Shown: positions 53,179 to 64,000 of the stretch, in pieces | Numbering within the stretch: the first letter of the stretch is position 1 | Layout of the letters: every line of letters begins with the position of its first letter | Assembly (NCBI GenBank): GCA_965200975.1 | Contig: OZ241740.1 | Location: 1,858,636 to 1,922,635 of the forward strand | DNA from: Dehalococcoidia bacterium | GTDB taxonomy: Bacteria > Chloroflexota > Dehalococcoidia > Lucifugimonadales > Australimonadaceae | Reading direction: 5' to 3' | Length of the DNA stretch: 64,000 nucleotides | Translations under genes and position numbers: made by a program | Notes under the pieces: model-generated | Told to the model about the DNA's origin: nothing | The model's input: the letters and a program-made list of their open reading frames with translations, nothing else | Databases searched by the model: none

Positions 53179-54134
53179 TTCGGCGGCTCGTCGCCAAACA
53201 GCGCGTCAACGAAATCGTCGGTGTCGAACAGCGAGAGGTCGTCGACCCCCTCGCCGGAGCCGATGAACACGACCGGGAGCCGCAAGTCCTGCGCAATGGC
53301 TACGGTGACGCCTCCCTTGGCCGTGCCGTCCAGCTTGGCGAGGAGCACGCCGTCGACGCCGACAGCCTCCTGAAACACGCGCGCCTGCTCCAGACCGTTG
53401 CGTCCCGTCGTCGCGTCGATCACCAGCAGCGTCTGCTGCGGCGCGCCCTCCGCCTGGCGCTCGAACACGCGCCGGACTTTGCGCAACTCTTCGATGAGCG
53501 GCGCCTTATTGTGGAGCCGCCCCGCCGTATCGAAGATCAGCACGTCCGCTCCGCGGGCGGCAGCCGCCTGATACGCGTCGAACGCCACCGCTCCGGGGTC
53601 CGATCCCTGCTGATGCGCGACGATGTCGACGTCGAGCCGCCCTCCCCACACCTTCAGCTGATCGATCGCCGCGGCGCGGAACGTGTCGCCTGCGCCAATG
53701 AGCACCGACTTGCCAAGCCGCTGATAGTGCGCGGTCAGCTTGGCGATGCTCGTCGTCTTCCCCACGCCGTTGACGCCTACCACCATCAGCACGAACGGCT
53801 TGGCGGCCAAGTCTTCCCGGTCGTACCAGTCCCAAATGGTCGTGTCCGCCGGGTCGAGCAGAACAGCCAGCTCTTCCTTGAACAGCTCGGGCGCGTCGGC
53901 GGGGTTGCTGATCCCCTCATCCCGAACGCGCTGCCGCACGCGGTTCACCAGCGCGAGCGAGGCATCGACGCCGACGTCAGCGGAGATGAGGGCGTCTTCG
54001 AGGCTCTCCCAGAGGGACTCGTCGGAGAGAACCGCGCCCTGAAACAGGCTGCTCAGCCCGCCGCCCCATCCGGCGCGCGTTCGCGCCAGCGCGCCGGATG
54101 TCTTCTCTTTACGGCGGAAGAAGCGGAAGACCAA
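53172..54134 (-). CDS. ftsY: signal recognition particle receptor FtsY
   Basis: 320 aa, reading ...VGVNGVGKTTSIAKL...GDTFRAAAI.QL..W......DTAGRL.....L..EL.K......LV.DATTG.N........F......G..L.KLDGTAKGG. Confidence 0.93.
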   Translation of the reverse strand: MVFRFFRRKEKTSGALARTRAGWGGGLSSLFQGAVLSDESLWESLEDALISADVGVDASLALVNRVRQRVRDEGISNPADAPELFKEELAVLLDPADTTIWDWYDREDLAAKPFVLMVVGVNGVGKTTSIAKLTAHYQRLGKSVLIGAGDTFRAAAIDQLKVWGGRLDVDIVAHQQGSDPGAVAFDAYQAAAARGADVLIFDTAGRLHNKAPLIEELRKVRRVFERQAEGAPQQTLLVIDATTGRNGLEQARVFQEAVGVDGVLLAKLDGTAKGGVTVAIAQDLRLPVVFIGSGEGVDDLSLFDTDDFVDALFGDEPPKC

Positions 54135-54310
54135 CGTTGAACGCCCCTCGTCAGCGCGCCGCGGGCCCGCGCGCCTGCATGCTACCTTGCGCGCGCCGCG
54201 CCCTCAAGCCGCACGCAGGCTGTTTCCCTGTCCAAGCCCCCTCGTCGGGCGCGAGGGATATACTTTGTAGCCATGAACGTTGACCTTTCGTCGCCAACTG
54301 CAGGCCGCGC

Positions 54311-55366
54311 TTGCTAACCAGTCCCCGGTTCTGGTTAGGGCTGGCGATCACCGGCGGCTTCCTCGCCCTGCTCCTCATCCGAGTCGATTTCAGCGGACTT
54401 GCCGAGGCGCTGGCGGAGGCCAACTACGCCCTCCTGCCCCCCGCGATCGCCGTCTACTTCGGCTCCTTCTACTTCCGCGCGGCGCGCTGGCGCTACCTGC
54501 TCCGCCCGTTCGTCCGCACGAGAACGGCGCGGCTCTACCCCGTCATCATCGTCGGCTACATGGCCAACAACCTCCTCCCCATGCGCATCGGCGAGATCGT
54601 TCGCAGCTACTACCTCTCCCTGCGCGAACCCGTCCGCGGCGCAACCGGGCTCGCGACGGTCATCGTCGAGCGCGTCTTCGACGGCCTCACGCTCCTCTTC
54701 TTCCTCGCCGCGGGAGCGCTCTTCCTCCCCCTCTCCGGCCTCGCCGGACGCGTGGGCGATGCAGTCCACCTGCCTACGTGGGCGATCCTCGCCGCGGTGC
54801 TCGTCCCGTTCCTGGGCGTGCTTGGCCTTATGGTGCTGGCGGCGATGCGTCCCGAGCCGTTCCTCGCCGCGAGCAGGTGGCTCGCGGGGCGGCTGCCGTC
54901 ACGCTTCCGGAACGTCGCACAGGGAATGGCGGAGCGCCTCATCCTCGGGTTCGAGGGGCTGCACCGCCCCGAGCGCCTCGGCGCCGTCTTCGTCCTCTCG
55001 GTCCCCGTCTGGCTTGCCGAAGGCCTTATGTACTATATCGTCGCCCTCGCGTTCGGCCTCGACGACCAGCTAGGAGGCCTCTGGATGCTCGCGACCGCTA
55101 TGCTGGTCGTTGTGGCCATTTCGAACCTTGCGCTCTCCATCCCCTCTTCCCAAGGCTCCGTTGGGCCGTTCGAGTTCTTCGCGACGCTCTCGCTCGTGTT
55201 CCTCGGCGTAAGCAGCGGGGCGGCGTCCGCCTATGCGATAGTGCTGCACCTCGCCCTGCTGCTGCCGGTCATTGCGGCGGGACTCATCCACCTTGCGACC
55301 CGCAGCGTCTCCCTTAGCCAACTCGTCCGTGGGCGCGAAGGGCGCCCAGCAGGAGAACACTCATGA
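54311..55366 (+). CDS. flippase-like / lysylphosphatidylglycerol-synthase TM-region family protein (UPF0104)
   Basis: 351 aa, polytopic. The N-terminal region reads ...LLLIRVDFSGLAEAL..AN...L..A...Y......RA.RW.YLLRP..............VGYMANN.LP.R.GE..R.Y. Confidence 0.8.
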   Translation: MLTSPRFWLGLAITGGFLALLLIRVDFSGLAEALAEANYALLPPAIAVYFGSFYFRAARWRYLLRPFVRTRTARLYPVIIVGYMANNLLPMRIGEIVRSYYLSLREPVRGATGLATVIVERVFDGLTLLFFLAAGALFLPLSGLAGRVGDAVHLPTWAILAAVLVPFLGVLGLMVLAAMRPEPFLAASRWLAGRLPSRFRNVAQGMAERLILGFEGLHRPERLGAVFVLSVPVWLAEGLMYYIVALAFGLDDQLGGLWMLATAMLVVVAISNLALSIPSSQGSVGPFEFFATLSLVFLGVSSGAASAYAIVLHLALLLPVIAAGLIHLATRSVSLSQLVRGREGRPAGEHS

Positions 55367-56709
55367 GAGTAGGCGTCATCGGCGGCGGCGCCGCAGGGCT
55401 TGCCGCCGCCTACGAACTTGGTCTCCGCGGCCACTACGCCGAGGTATTCGAGGGCGCTCCCTTCCTTGGAGGTCAGGCGTCCACGTTCCCGGTTAACGGC
55501 GCGCCTCTCGAGCGCGGCTACCACCACCTCTTTCGCAGCGACGCCGCAATGATCGACCTCATCGACGAGCTCGGGCTCTCGCATCAGCTCCGGTGGATCG
55601 ACTCGAACGCCGGCTACTACGCCAACGGACGCCTCTGGAAGTTCACGTCGCCCTTCGACCTCCTCAAGTTCCGCCCGTTGCCACTGGCCGACCGCATCCG
55701 CCTCGGTCTCCTCACCCTCGGCCTGCAGCGGCGCAAGGAGTGGGCCTCGCTCGAACAGACCACCGCGACGGAATGGCTGCTCGAGCACGGAAGCCGCAAG
55801 GTCTACGAAACTATCTTCGAGCCCATGCTCCGGGGCAAGTTCGGGCGACATCACGACCAAATCACGATGGCGTGGCTCTGGAACAAGTTCGCCCTCCGCA
55901 CCGCATCCCGCGGCAAAGGGTTAACCGGCAAGTTCAAAGAGCAGCTCGCCTACCCCGCCGGCTCGTTCGGCGAAATTTTCGACGCCCTGGCCGACCGTAT
56001 ACGCCAGCAGGGCGGCGACGTGCACATCTCCTCGTCCGTGCACCAGATCGCCGTGGAGGACGGCAAGGCCCGCGGCCTGCGCGTAAGCGCGGCCGGCGCC
56101 GAGCCCGAACTGCGCAACTACGACCAGGTGCTTGCGACCGTCCCCTCGTACATCTTCCCCCGGCTCGTCCCCGACCTCCCGCCCGATTACCTCGCCAGGA
56201 TCACCGACAAGGTGTACCTCTCCGCCGTGCTCGTCATCCTTGTGCTCGACCGCCCACTCACTCCCTACTACTGGACGTACGTGGGCGACCGGTCGTTGCC
56301 TTTCCTTGGCATCATCGAGCACACCAACTTCATCCCCCCGGAGCACTACGGCGGCGCGCACATCGTCTATCTCACCAACTACCTCGAACGCGACGACCCC
56401 CTGTATAAGATGACTCCCGACGAGCTCTACCGGGAATACGCCGCCTGCCTCCGCAAGATCAACCCCGCATTCGACGAGTCCTGGGTCGCCGAATACCACC
56501 ACCACAAGGTCGACGCCGCCCAGCCCATCGTTACGCGCGGCTACTCCGCCACTATTCCCGACCACCGGACTCCCATCAGCGGCCTCTACCTCGCCAACAC
56601 CACCCAGATCTACCCAGAAGACCGCGGCACCAACTACTCCGTCCGTATGGGCAGGCGCGTCGCCGCCCTGATGCACGAGGACGGCGTAGACCGCGCCGCT
56701 CAGAGCTGA
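55363..56709 (+). CDS. NAD(P)/FAD-dependent oxidoreductase (amine-oxidase / phytoene-desaturase-like fold)
   Basis: The ATG overlaps the preceding TGA (ATGA). The N-terminal Rossmann motif is VGVIGGGAAGLAAAYEL...G..AEVFE....LGG.A. Confidence 0.85.
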   Translation: MRVGVIGGGAAGLAAAYELGLRGHYAEVFEGAPFLGGQASTFPVNGAPLERGYHHLFRSDAAMIDLIDELGLSHQLRWIDSNAGYYANGRLWKFTSPFDLLKFRPLPLADRIRLGLLTLGLQRRKEWASLEQTTATEWLLEHGSRKVYETIFEPMLRGKFGRHHDQITMAWLWNKFALRTASRGKGLTGKFKEQLAYPAGSFGEIFDALADRIRQQGGDVHISSSVHQIAVEDGKARGLRVSAAGAEPELRNYDQVLATVPSYIFPRLVPDLPPDYLARITDKVYLSAVLVILVLDRPLTPYYWTYVGDRSLPFLGIIEHTNFIPPEHYGGAHIVYLTNYLERDDPLYKMTPDELYREYAACLRKINPAFDESWVAEYHHHKVDAAQPIVTRGYSATIPDHRTPISGLYLANTTQIYPEDRGTNYSVRMGRRVAALMHEDGVDRAAQS

Positions 56710-56748
56710 GCGGGTAGCAGAGAGGTTGGCCTAGGCAGCAGGTCGGTT

Positions 56749-60178
<3,430 letters not shown>

Positions 60179-60259
60179 AAGTCCGCCGCCGCTCAGGGCG
60201 CGTGTATTATGAACCTACTCTTCAGGCGCCGACGGGGCGCCTTCAGTGGAGCCGCACAA

Positions 60260-60862
60260 ATGAGCGCCCTCGTCGTCATAGGTCTCGGAAATCCGGGGCC
60301 GCGCTATGCGAACACGCGCCACAATGCCGGGTTTATGTGCGTCGACCGGCTGGCCGGAAGGCTGGGCGTCTCGCTCAGCGACAAGCGCAAGTCGGCAGTG
60401 CTCGGCGAGGGCTGGCTCGACGGCAAGCGCGTTGTGCTCGTCAAGCCTCGCACGTTTGTGAACCTCTCCGGCGACGCCGCCCGGTACGCGCTCGACCGCT
60501 ACCGCGCTGAACCCGCCGGAATGCTGATCGTCCTCGACGACCTCGACCTGCCGGTCGGCGGCATTCGGCTTCGCGCCGCCGGAGGCTCCGGCGGCCACAA
60601 CGGCCTGAACTCCATCAACGAGTCTCTCGGCGTGACGGCATACCCCCGGCTGCGCATCGGTATTGGCCGCCCACAGGACGGCGCTGTCAGCCACGTGCTC
60701 GCCAGGTTCGACGCCGACGAGCTCCCTGCGCTCGAAGCAGCCCTCGACCGCGCCGCAGACGCTGCGGAGGCGTGGCTCCGCAACGGCGTCGACTACGCTA
60801 TGAACCACTTCAACGGACAGCCTCAATCTGCCGGAGGCGGTCCGGCGGACTCCCCAGCGTAG
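60260..60862 (+). CDS. pth: peptidyl-tRNA hydrolase
   Basis: ATG at 60260, reading VVIGLGNPGPRYANTRHNAGFM..D.L......KP.TFVNLSG.......Y......L.V..DDLDLP.G..RLR..G..GGHNGL.SI. Confidence 0.92.
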   Translation: MSALVVIGLGNPGPRYANTRHNAGFMCVDRLAGRLGVSLSDKRKSAVLGEGWLDGKRVVLVKPRTFVNLSGDAARYALDRYRAEPAGMLIVLDDLDLPVGGIRLRAAGGSGGHNGLNSINESLGVTAYPRLRIGIGRPQDGAVSHVLARFDADELPALEAALDRAADAAEAWLRNGVDYAMNHFNGQPQSAGGGPADSPA

Positions 60863-60874
60863 ACTCTCCGCCGA

Positions 60875-62749
60875 ATGAAGGCCCGCGGCCCGCTTACGCT
60901 CGCTCTTCTCCTGGTTGCGCTGGGCGCGCTCGCCGCTTGTACGGGCGGCGCAAGCGCTCCCACTGTTCCGATCCTCTCGACGTCCGCGCCGGAAACCGCG
61001 CGCGACGCCACGCCAACACCGGCAGCCCGCGCGGCTGACTCTCCGGAAACGCTCGACTCCGTCCCCAACGCTCCAGCCCGGGATACGTTCGACCTCGCGC
61101 GAAGATTGCGCGGCGTAGACGCGGCGCCGCTGCCCCTGCGCATCCTGTACGCCGACGCGGCGCCCGGCTCGCTCCGCTCCTTCACCGGCATCAATCTGAC
61201 GCGCAACACGCTTTTCGAGTTCCCGACCGAGGCGCGCCATGTGAGCGCGAGCGCAGTGTGGCGCTTCCCTCCCGACAGCGGCGTTCCGCAGGAGCGGATC
61301 CTTGCCGCAGCCCGCGAGTTCGAGGAGCGCATCCTACCGGGCGTCCTCCAGCTCATCGCCCCCGGCCTCGCTCTGCCGGGCAGAATTGCTGTCGTGCACG
61401 GCCATTTCGCCGGCGCCGGGGGCTACTTCAACAGCGCCGACGCTCTGCCCCGCGCAGCCTATCCCGCCAGCAACGAGCGCGTAGCCCTCTTCATCAACCT
61501 CGACGCCGGCGTCGGCAACGACTACCACTACGCCGTACTCGCTCACGAACTACAGCACCTCGTCCACTGGATGCTTGATCCCATCGAGGAGGCATGGGTG
61601 CAGGAAGGACTCTCCGAACTCGCCGCACGCTCGCTCGGTTACGAGGCCATACCCTATTCCCCATACCTGCAGCAGCCGGAGGTGTCCCTCGACGACTGGC
61701 CCGCTCACCCACAGGACGCGCTCCCCAACTACGCAGGCGCCTCCCTTTTCGCCGCTTATCTCGTCGACCGCCTGGGGCCGGACTTGCCGGCCCGCCTCGC
61801 CGCTCAACCGCTCGACGGCGCCGCCGGAGTCGAGGCCGCAGCCCCCGAATTCCCGTTCGTCGAACTCTACGTCGATTGGCTCACGGCCAACGTCGTCGCT
61901 GCGCCGTCGCCGCCGTACGGCTACGACTCGCTCGACTCCCGCGCCGTCGTGCGCCGCATCGTCACCGAGCCGGGCCGCGTCGAGGTCGCGGCGCTGCAGT
62001 CCGCCCCCGCGTACATCGAGCTGCAGCCTTCCGCCCCCTGGAATGTGACGCTTACGCCCCGCCCGACCACTCCCCTGCTCCCCGTGCAGCCCTACAGCGG
62101 AGGAACGTGCTGGTGGAGCAACCGGGGCGAGGCCATCGACGCAACCCTCACTCGCGAAGTCGACCTGACCGGCGCGGACTCTCCCGCCCTCGAGTTCCAG
62201 ACTTGGTGGGAGATCGAGGAGCATTGGGACCACGCGTACGTCACTGCGTCGGCGGACGGCGGCGCTACGTGGAGCGTGCTGCGCGGCGCCCTCTCCTCGA
62301 CGCGCGACCCCCTCCAAACAGCGTTCGGGCCATCGTACACCGGCAGTTCCGGCGGCTGGCGACGGGAGCAGATCGACCTCTCGCCCTTTGCCGGCCGGGA
62401 GATCCTGCTCCGGTTCGAGTATGTGACCGACGACGCCGTCAACGGCGCCGGATGGTGCATCGACGACATCGCTATCCCGGACGCCGGCTTCTTCGACGAC
62501 GCCGAGTCCGACGCTGGTTGGACGTCCGCGGGGTTCGTCCGCGCCGGCGGGCACAGCGTCGCCCAGGAGTTCGCCGTGCGCCTTGCGCAGGGCGCCGGCG
62601 GCGACGCGGTGGTCGTTCCGTTGCCGCCGGGCGCCGGCGGCAGGCGCCACTTCAGCATCGACGCGCCCGCCACGCTCATCGTCGTTCCGTTCGCGCCCAA
62701 GACCACCCAACCGGCAGTGTTCACGGTCGAAGCCGAGGCGGGACAGTAG
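60875..62749 (+). CDS. secreted lipoprotein, putative HExxH zinc metallopeptidase with a C-terminal beta-sandwich domain
   Basis: Signal peptide plus lipobox (LLLVALGALAAC). HELQH at AVLAHELQHLVHW, with a downstream E (VQEGLSE). The C-terminal segment GWCIDDIAIPD resembles the ends of M6/MAM-like domains. Family assignment is tentative. Confidence 0.65.
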   Translation: MKARGPLTLALLLVALGALAACTGGASAPTVPILSTSAPETARDATPTPAARAADSPETLDSVPNAPARDTFDLARRLRGVDAAPLPLRILYADAAPGSLRSFTGINLTRNTLFEFPTEARHVSASAVWRFPPDSGVPQERILAAAREFEERILPGVLQLIAPGLALPGRIAVVHGHFAGAGGYFNSADALPRAAYPASNERVALFINLDAGVGNDYHYAVLAHELQHLVHWMLDPIEEAWVQEGLSELAARSLGYEAIPYSPYLQQPEVSLDDWPAHPQDALPNYAGASLFAAYLVDRLGPDLPARLAAQPLDGAAGVEAAAPEFPFVELYVDWLTANVVAAPSPPYGYDSLDSRAVVRRIVTEPGRVEVAALQSAPAYIELQPSAPWNVTLTPRPTTPLLPVQPYSGGTCWWSNRGEAIDATLTREVDLTGADSPALEFQTWWEIEEHWDHAYVTASADGGATWSVLRGALSSTRDPLQTAFGPSYTGSSGGWRREQIDLSPFAGREILLRFEYVTDDAVNGAGWCIDDIAIPDAGFFDDAESDAGWTSAGFVRAGGHSVAQEFAVRLAQGAGGDAVVVPLPPGAGGRRHFSIDAPATLIVVPFAPKTTQPAVFTVEAEAGQ

Positions 62750-62770
62750 GCGGCAGCGGAGAACGAAGAC

Positions 62771-63910
62771 TTAGCCGCCGAAGTGAGGCATCACCTCTTC
62801 GGCAAAGCGCGAGAGCTGCTCTTTGAACTGCGCAGCCGGCATACCCTCCGGCCAGCGGAACATCACCTGGTCGAGACCGGGGAACTCGGCCTCGTAAGCC
62901 TTCAGCTCCTCGAGCACGAGCTCGGGCGGGCCGCAGAGCCACGCGCGCTGCTGCACGCCGTCCTCGATGGCGGGGACCCGCACCGGAGCGCCCGGCGTGC
63001 CCCACGGACGGCCCTCTTCGTCGACGTAGCGCACAAACCCGAAAGGCGCAAACCACTTGTACGCCTCGTCGTGGTACGGACGCACCGCCTCGATAGCCTC
63101 CTCGCGCGTGGGGGCGATGGACATAGCCACGCCCAGAACGAGGTCTTCGCCAAGCTCGAGATCGCGCCCCGCCTTCGCCGCCTCATCCCGGTAGGCGTGG
63201 AATATCTCGCGGGCGAGCTTCTCCCCGTTCTGCGTAATCATGCCCTTTATACCGTGGCGAGCCATATACGGTATCGACCTGCCGCTCGCGATGGCCTGCC
63301 ATATCTCGACGGGCTGGTGGATGGGCCGCGGCACCAGCGTCACCTCCGTCGGCTGGTAACCGCGGAAGGGCGCCGGCGCGGGGATCGTGTAGTGTTTGCC
63401 CTGATGACTGAAGGAGTCCTCGTTGAACGCCTTCATAATCACTTCCATCTGCTCCTCGAACAGCTCGCGGTTGGCGTCGGTGTCGAGGAGCGGCGCGCCA
63501 AGCGTCTCCACCTCGCGGGTCTGGTAGCCGCGGCCCACGCCGAAGATGATGCGTCCGCCGGTCAGGATGTCCGCCAGAGCGTAGTCCTCCGCGAGGCGAA
63601 TGGGGTGCCACACGGGGCTTACGTTGAAGGCGCAGCCGATCTTGAGCCGCGTCGTATGCGCGGCGAGGTGCGTCCCCCACAGAATCAGGTTGGGCACCAC
63701 CTCGTACCCTTCGCGCTGGAAGTGGTGTTCGGTGCCCCACAACGCGTAGAAGCCGAGCCTGTCCATATGCTGGGCCACGTCGAGCGCCATGGGGTAAGCC
63801 TTCGCAATCTGCTCGTTGGAGAGCCGGCGCTCGTCAGGCGGCGTGCCGCCAAGCCCGACGTTGTCGAGCTCCGTGAAGCCCACGTAGAGAACAGAGAATT
63901 TCGTGATCAA
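62771..63910 (-). CDS. LLM-class flavin-dependent oxidoreductase
   Basis: 379 aa, reading ..LGFYALWGTEHHF......P....W...LA..T.R.K.G...N......P.RLAED.A..D.L.GGR...G.GRGY. This is the luciferase-like family. Confidence 0.85.
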   Translation of the reverse strand: MITKFSVLYVGFTELDNVGLGGTPPDERRLSNEQIAKAYPMALDVAQHMDRLGFYALWGTEHHFQREGYEVVPNLILWGTHLAAHTTRLKIGCAFNVSPVWHPIRLAEDYALADILTGGRIIFGVGRGYQTREVETLGAPLLDTDANRELFEEQMEVIMKAFNEDSFSHQGKHYTIPAPAPFRGYQPTEVTLVPRPIHQPVEIWQAIASGRSIPYMARHGIKGMITQNGEKLAREIFHAYRDEAAKAGRDLELGEDLVLGVAMSIAPTREEAIEAVRPYHDEAYKWFAPFGFVRYVDEEGRPWGTPGAPVRVPAIEDGVQQRAWLCGPPELVLEELKAYEAEFPGLDQVMFRWPEGMPAAQFKEQLSRFAEEVMPHFGG

Positions 63911-63953
63911 GAAGCAACGCCTCCGTTTGTTTCGGCAGCGGCGGGAGCGACAG

Positions 63954-64000
63954 CTACCCCCACCCGTCGCGCGAGTACTGCTCGAGGGACTCCTCGTCGA
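63954..64000 (-). CDS. 3' end of an unidentified CDS (rest outside window)
   Basis: The minus-strand frame reads ...DEESLEQYSRDGWG-TAG with the stop at 63954-63956. It is too short to identify. Confidence 0.25.
   Translation of the reverse strand, partial: DEESLEQYSRDGWG

Overview
This is a high-GC, gene-dense bacterial chromosomal segment, mostly housekeeping. Most long ORFs in the six-frame track are antisense or out-of-frame artefacts of the GC content. I support about 60 CDS, two tRNAs and one long SRP RNA.

Gene content:
- Biosynthesis: heme (hemB, hemL), lysine/aspartate (asd, dapA, dapB), argC, purA, folC, fabF and galU.
- RNA and DNA housekeeping: rsmA, rnc, orn, ligA, pth and ftsY.
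- Iron and redox: bfr/bfd, sthA and several luciferase-like (LLM) oxidoreductases.
- A complete alternative-complex-III (ACIII) type respiratory cluster at 27.2-34.8 kb.
- A circularly permuted ATP-grasp/alpha-E pair.
- A large DUF11-repeat surface protein.
- A minus-strand operon ftsY -> YYY-motif (DUF2298/TIGR03662-like) giant membrane protein -> PMT-like (TIGR03663-like) membrane protein -> orphan gene.

The YYY/TIGR03663 pair, the ACIII cluster and the LLM richness suggest Chloroflexota. This is inference only. I saw no transposase, integrase, cas gene or recognisable defence system.

Main second-look items:
1. A DsbA/Rv2466c-like thioredoxin-fold gene whose catalytic-Cys codon is an in-frame TGA. 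It has a strong Shine-Dalgarno (SD) site upstream and a hairpin downstream, so it is a selenoprotein candidate.
2. A dispersed composite palindromic repeat family (core CTGGGAGAGCGTCCGCTCCCCCAGACCCCCT). It forms tandem and inverted clusters in at least five intergenic regions. One 36-bp perfect inverted pair brackets the DsbA-like gene and rnc.
3. A lower-GC orphan coding region that continues in frame after the TAA stop of the PMT-like gene, with no canonical start codon for 95 codons.
4. Two single-nucleotide frameshifts, one in an RluB-like gene and one in a DUF2235-like gene.
5. An ACIII cluster with a split ActB and an unusual gene order.
6. Several small translationally coupled ORFs.
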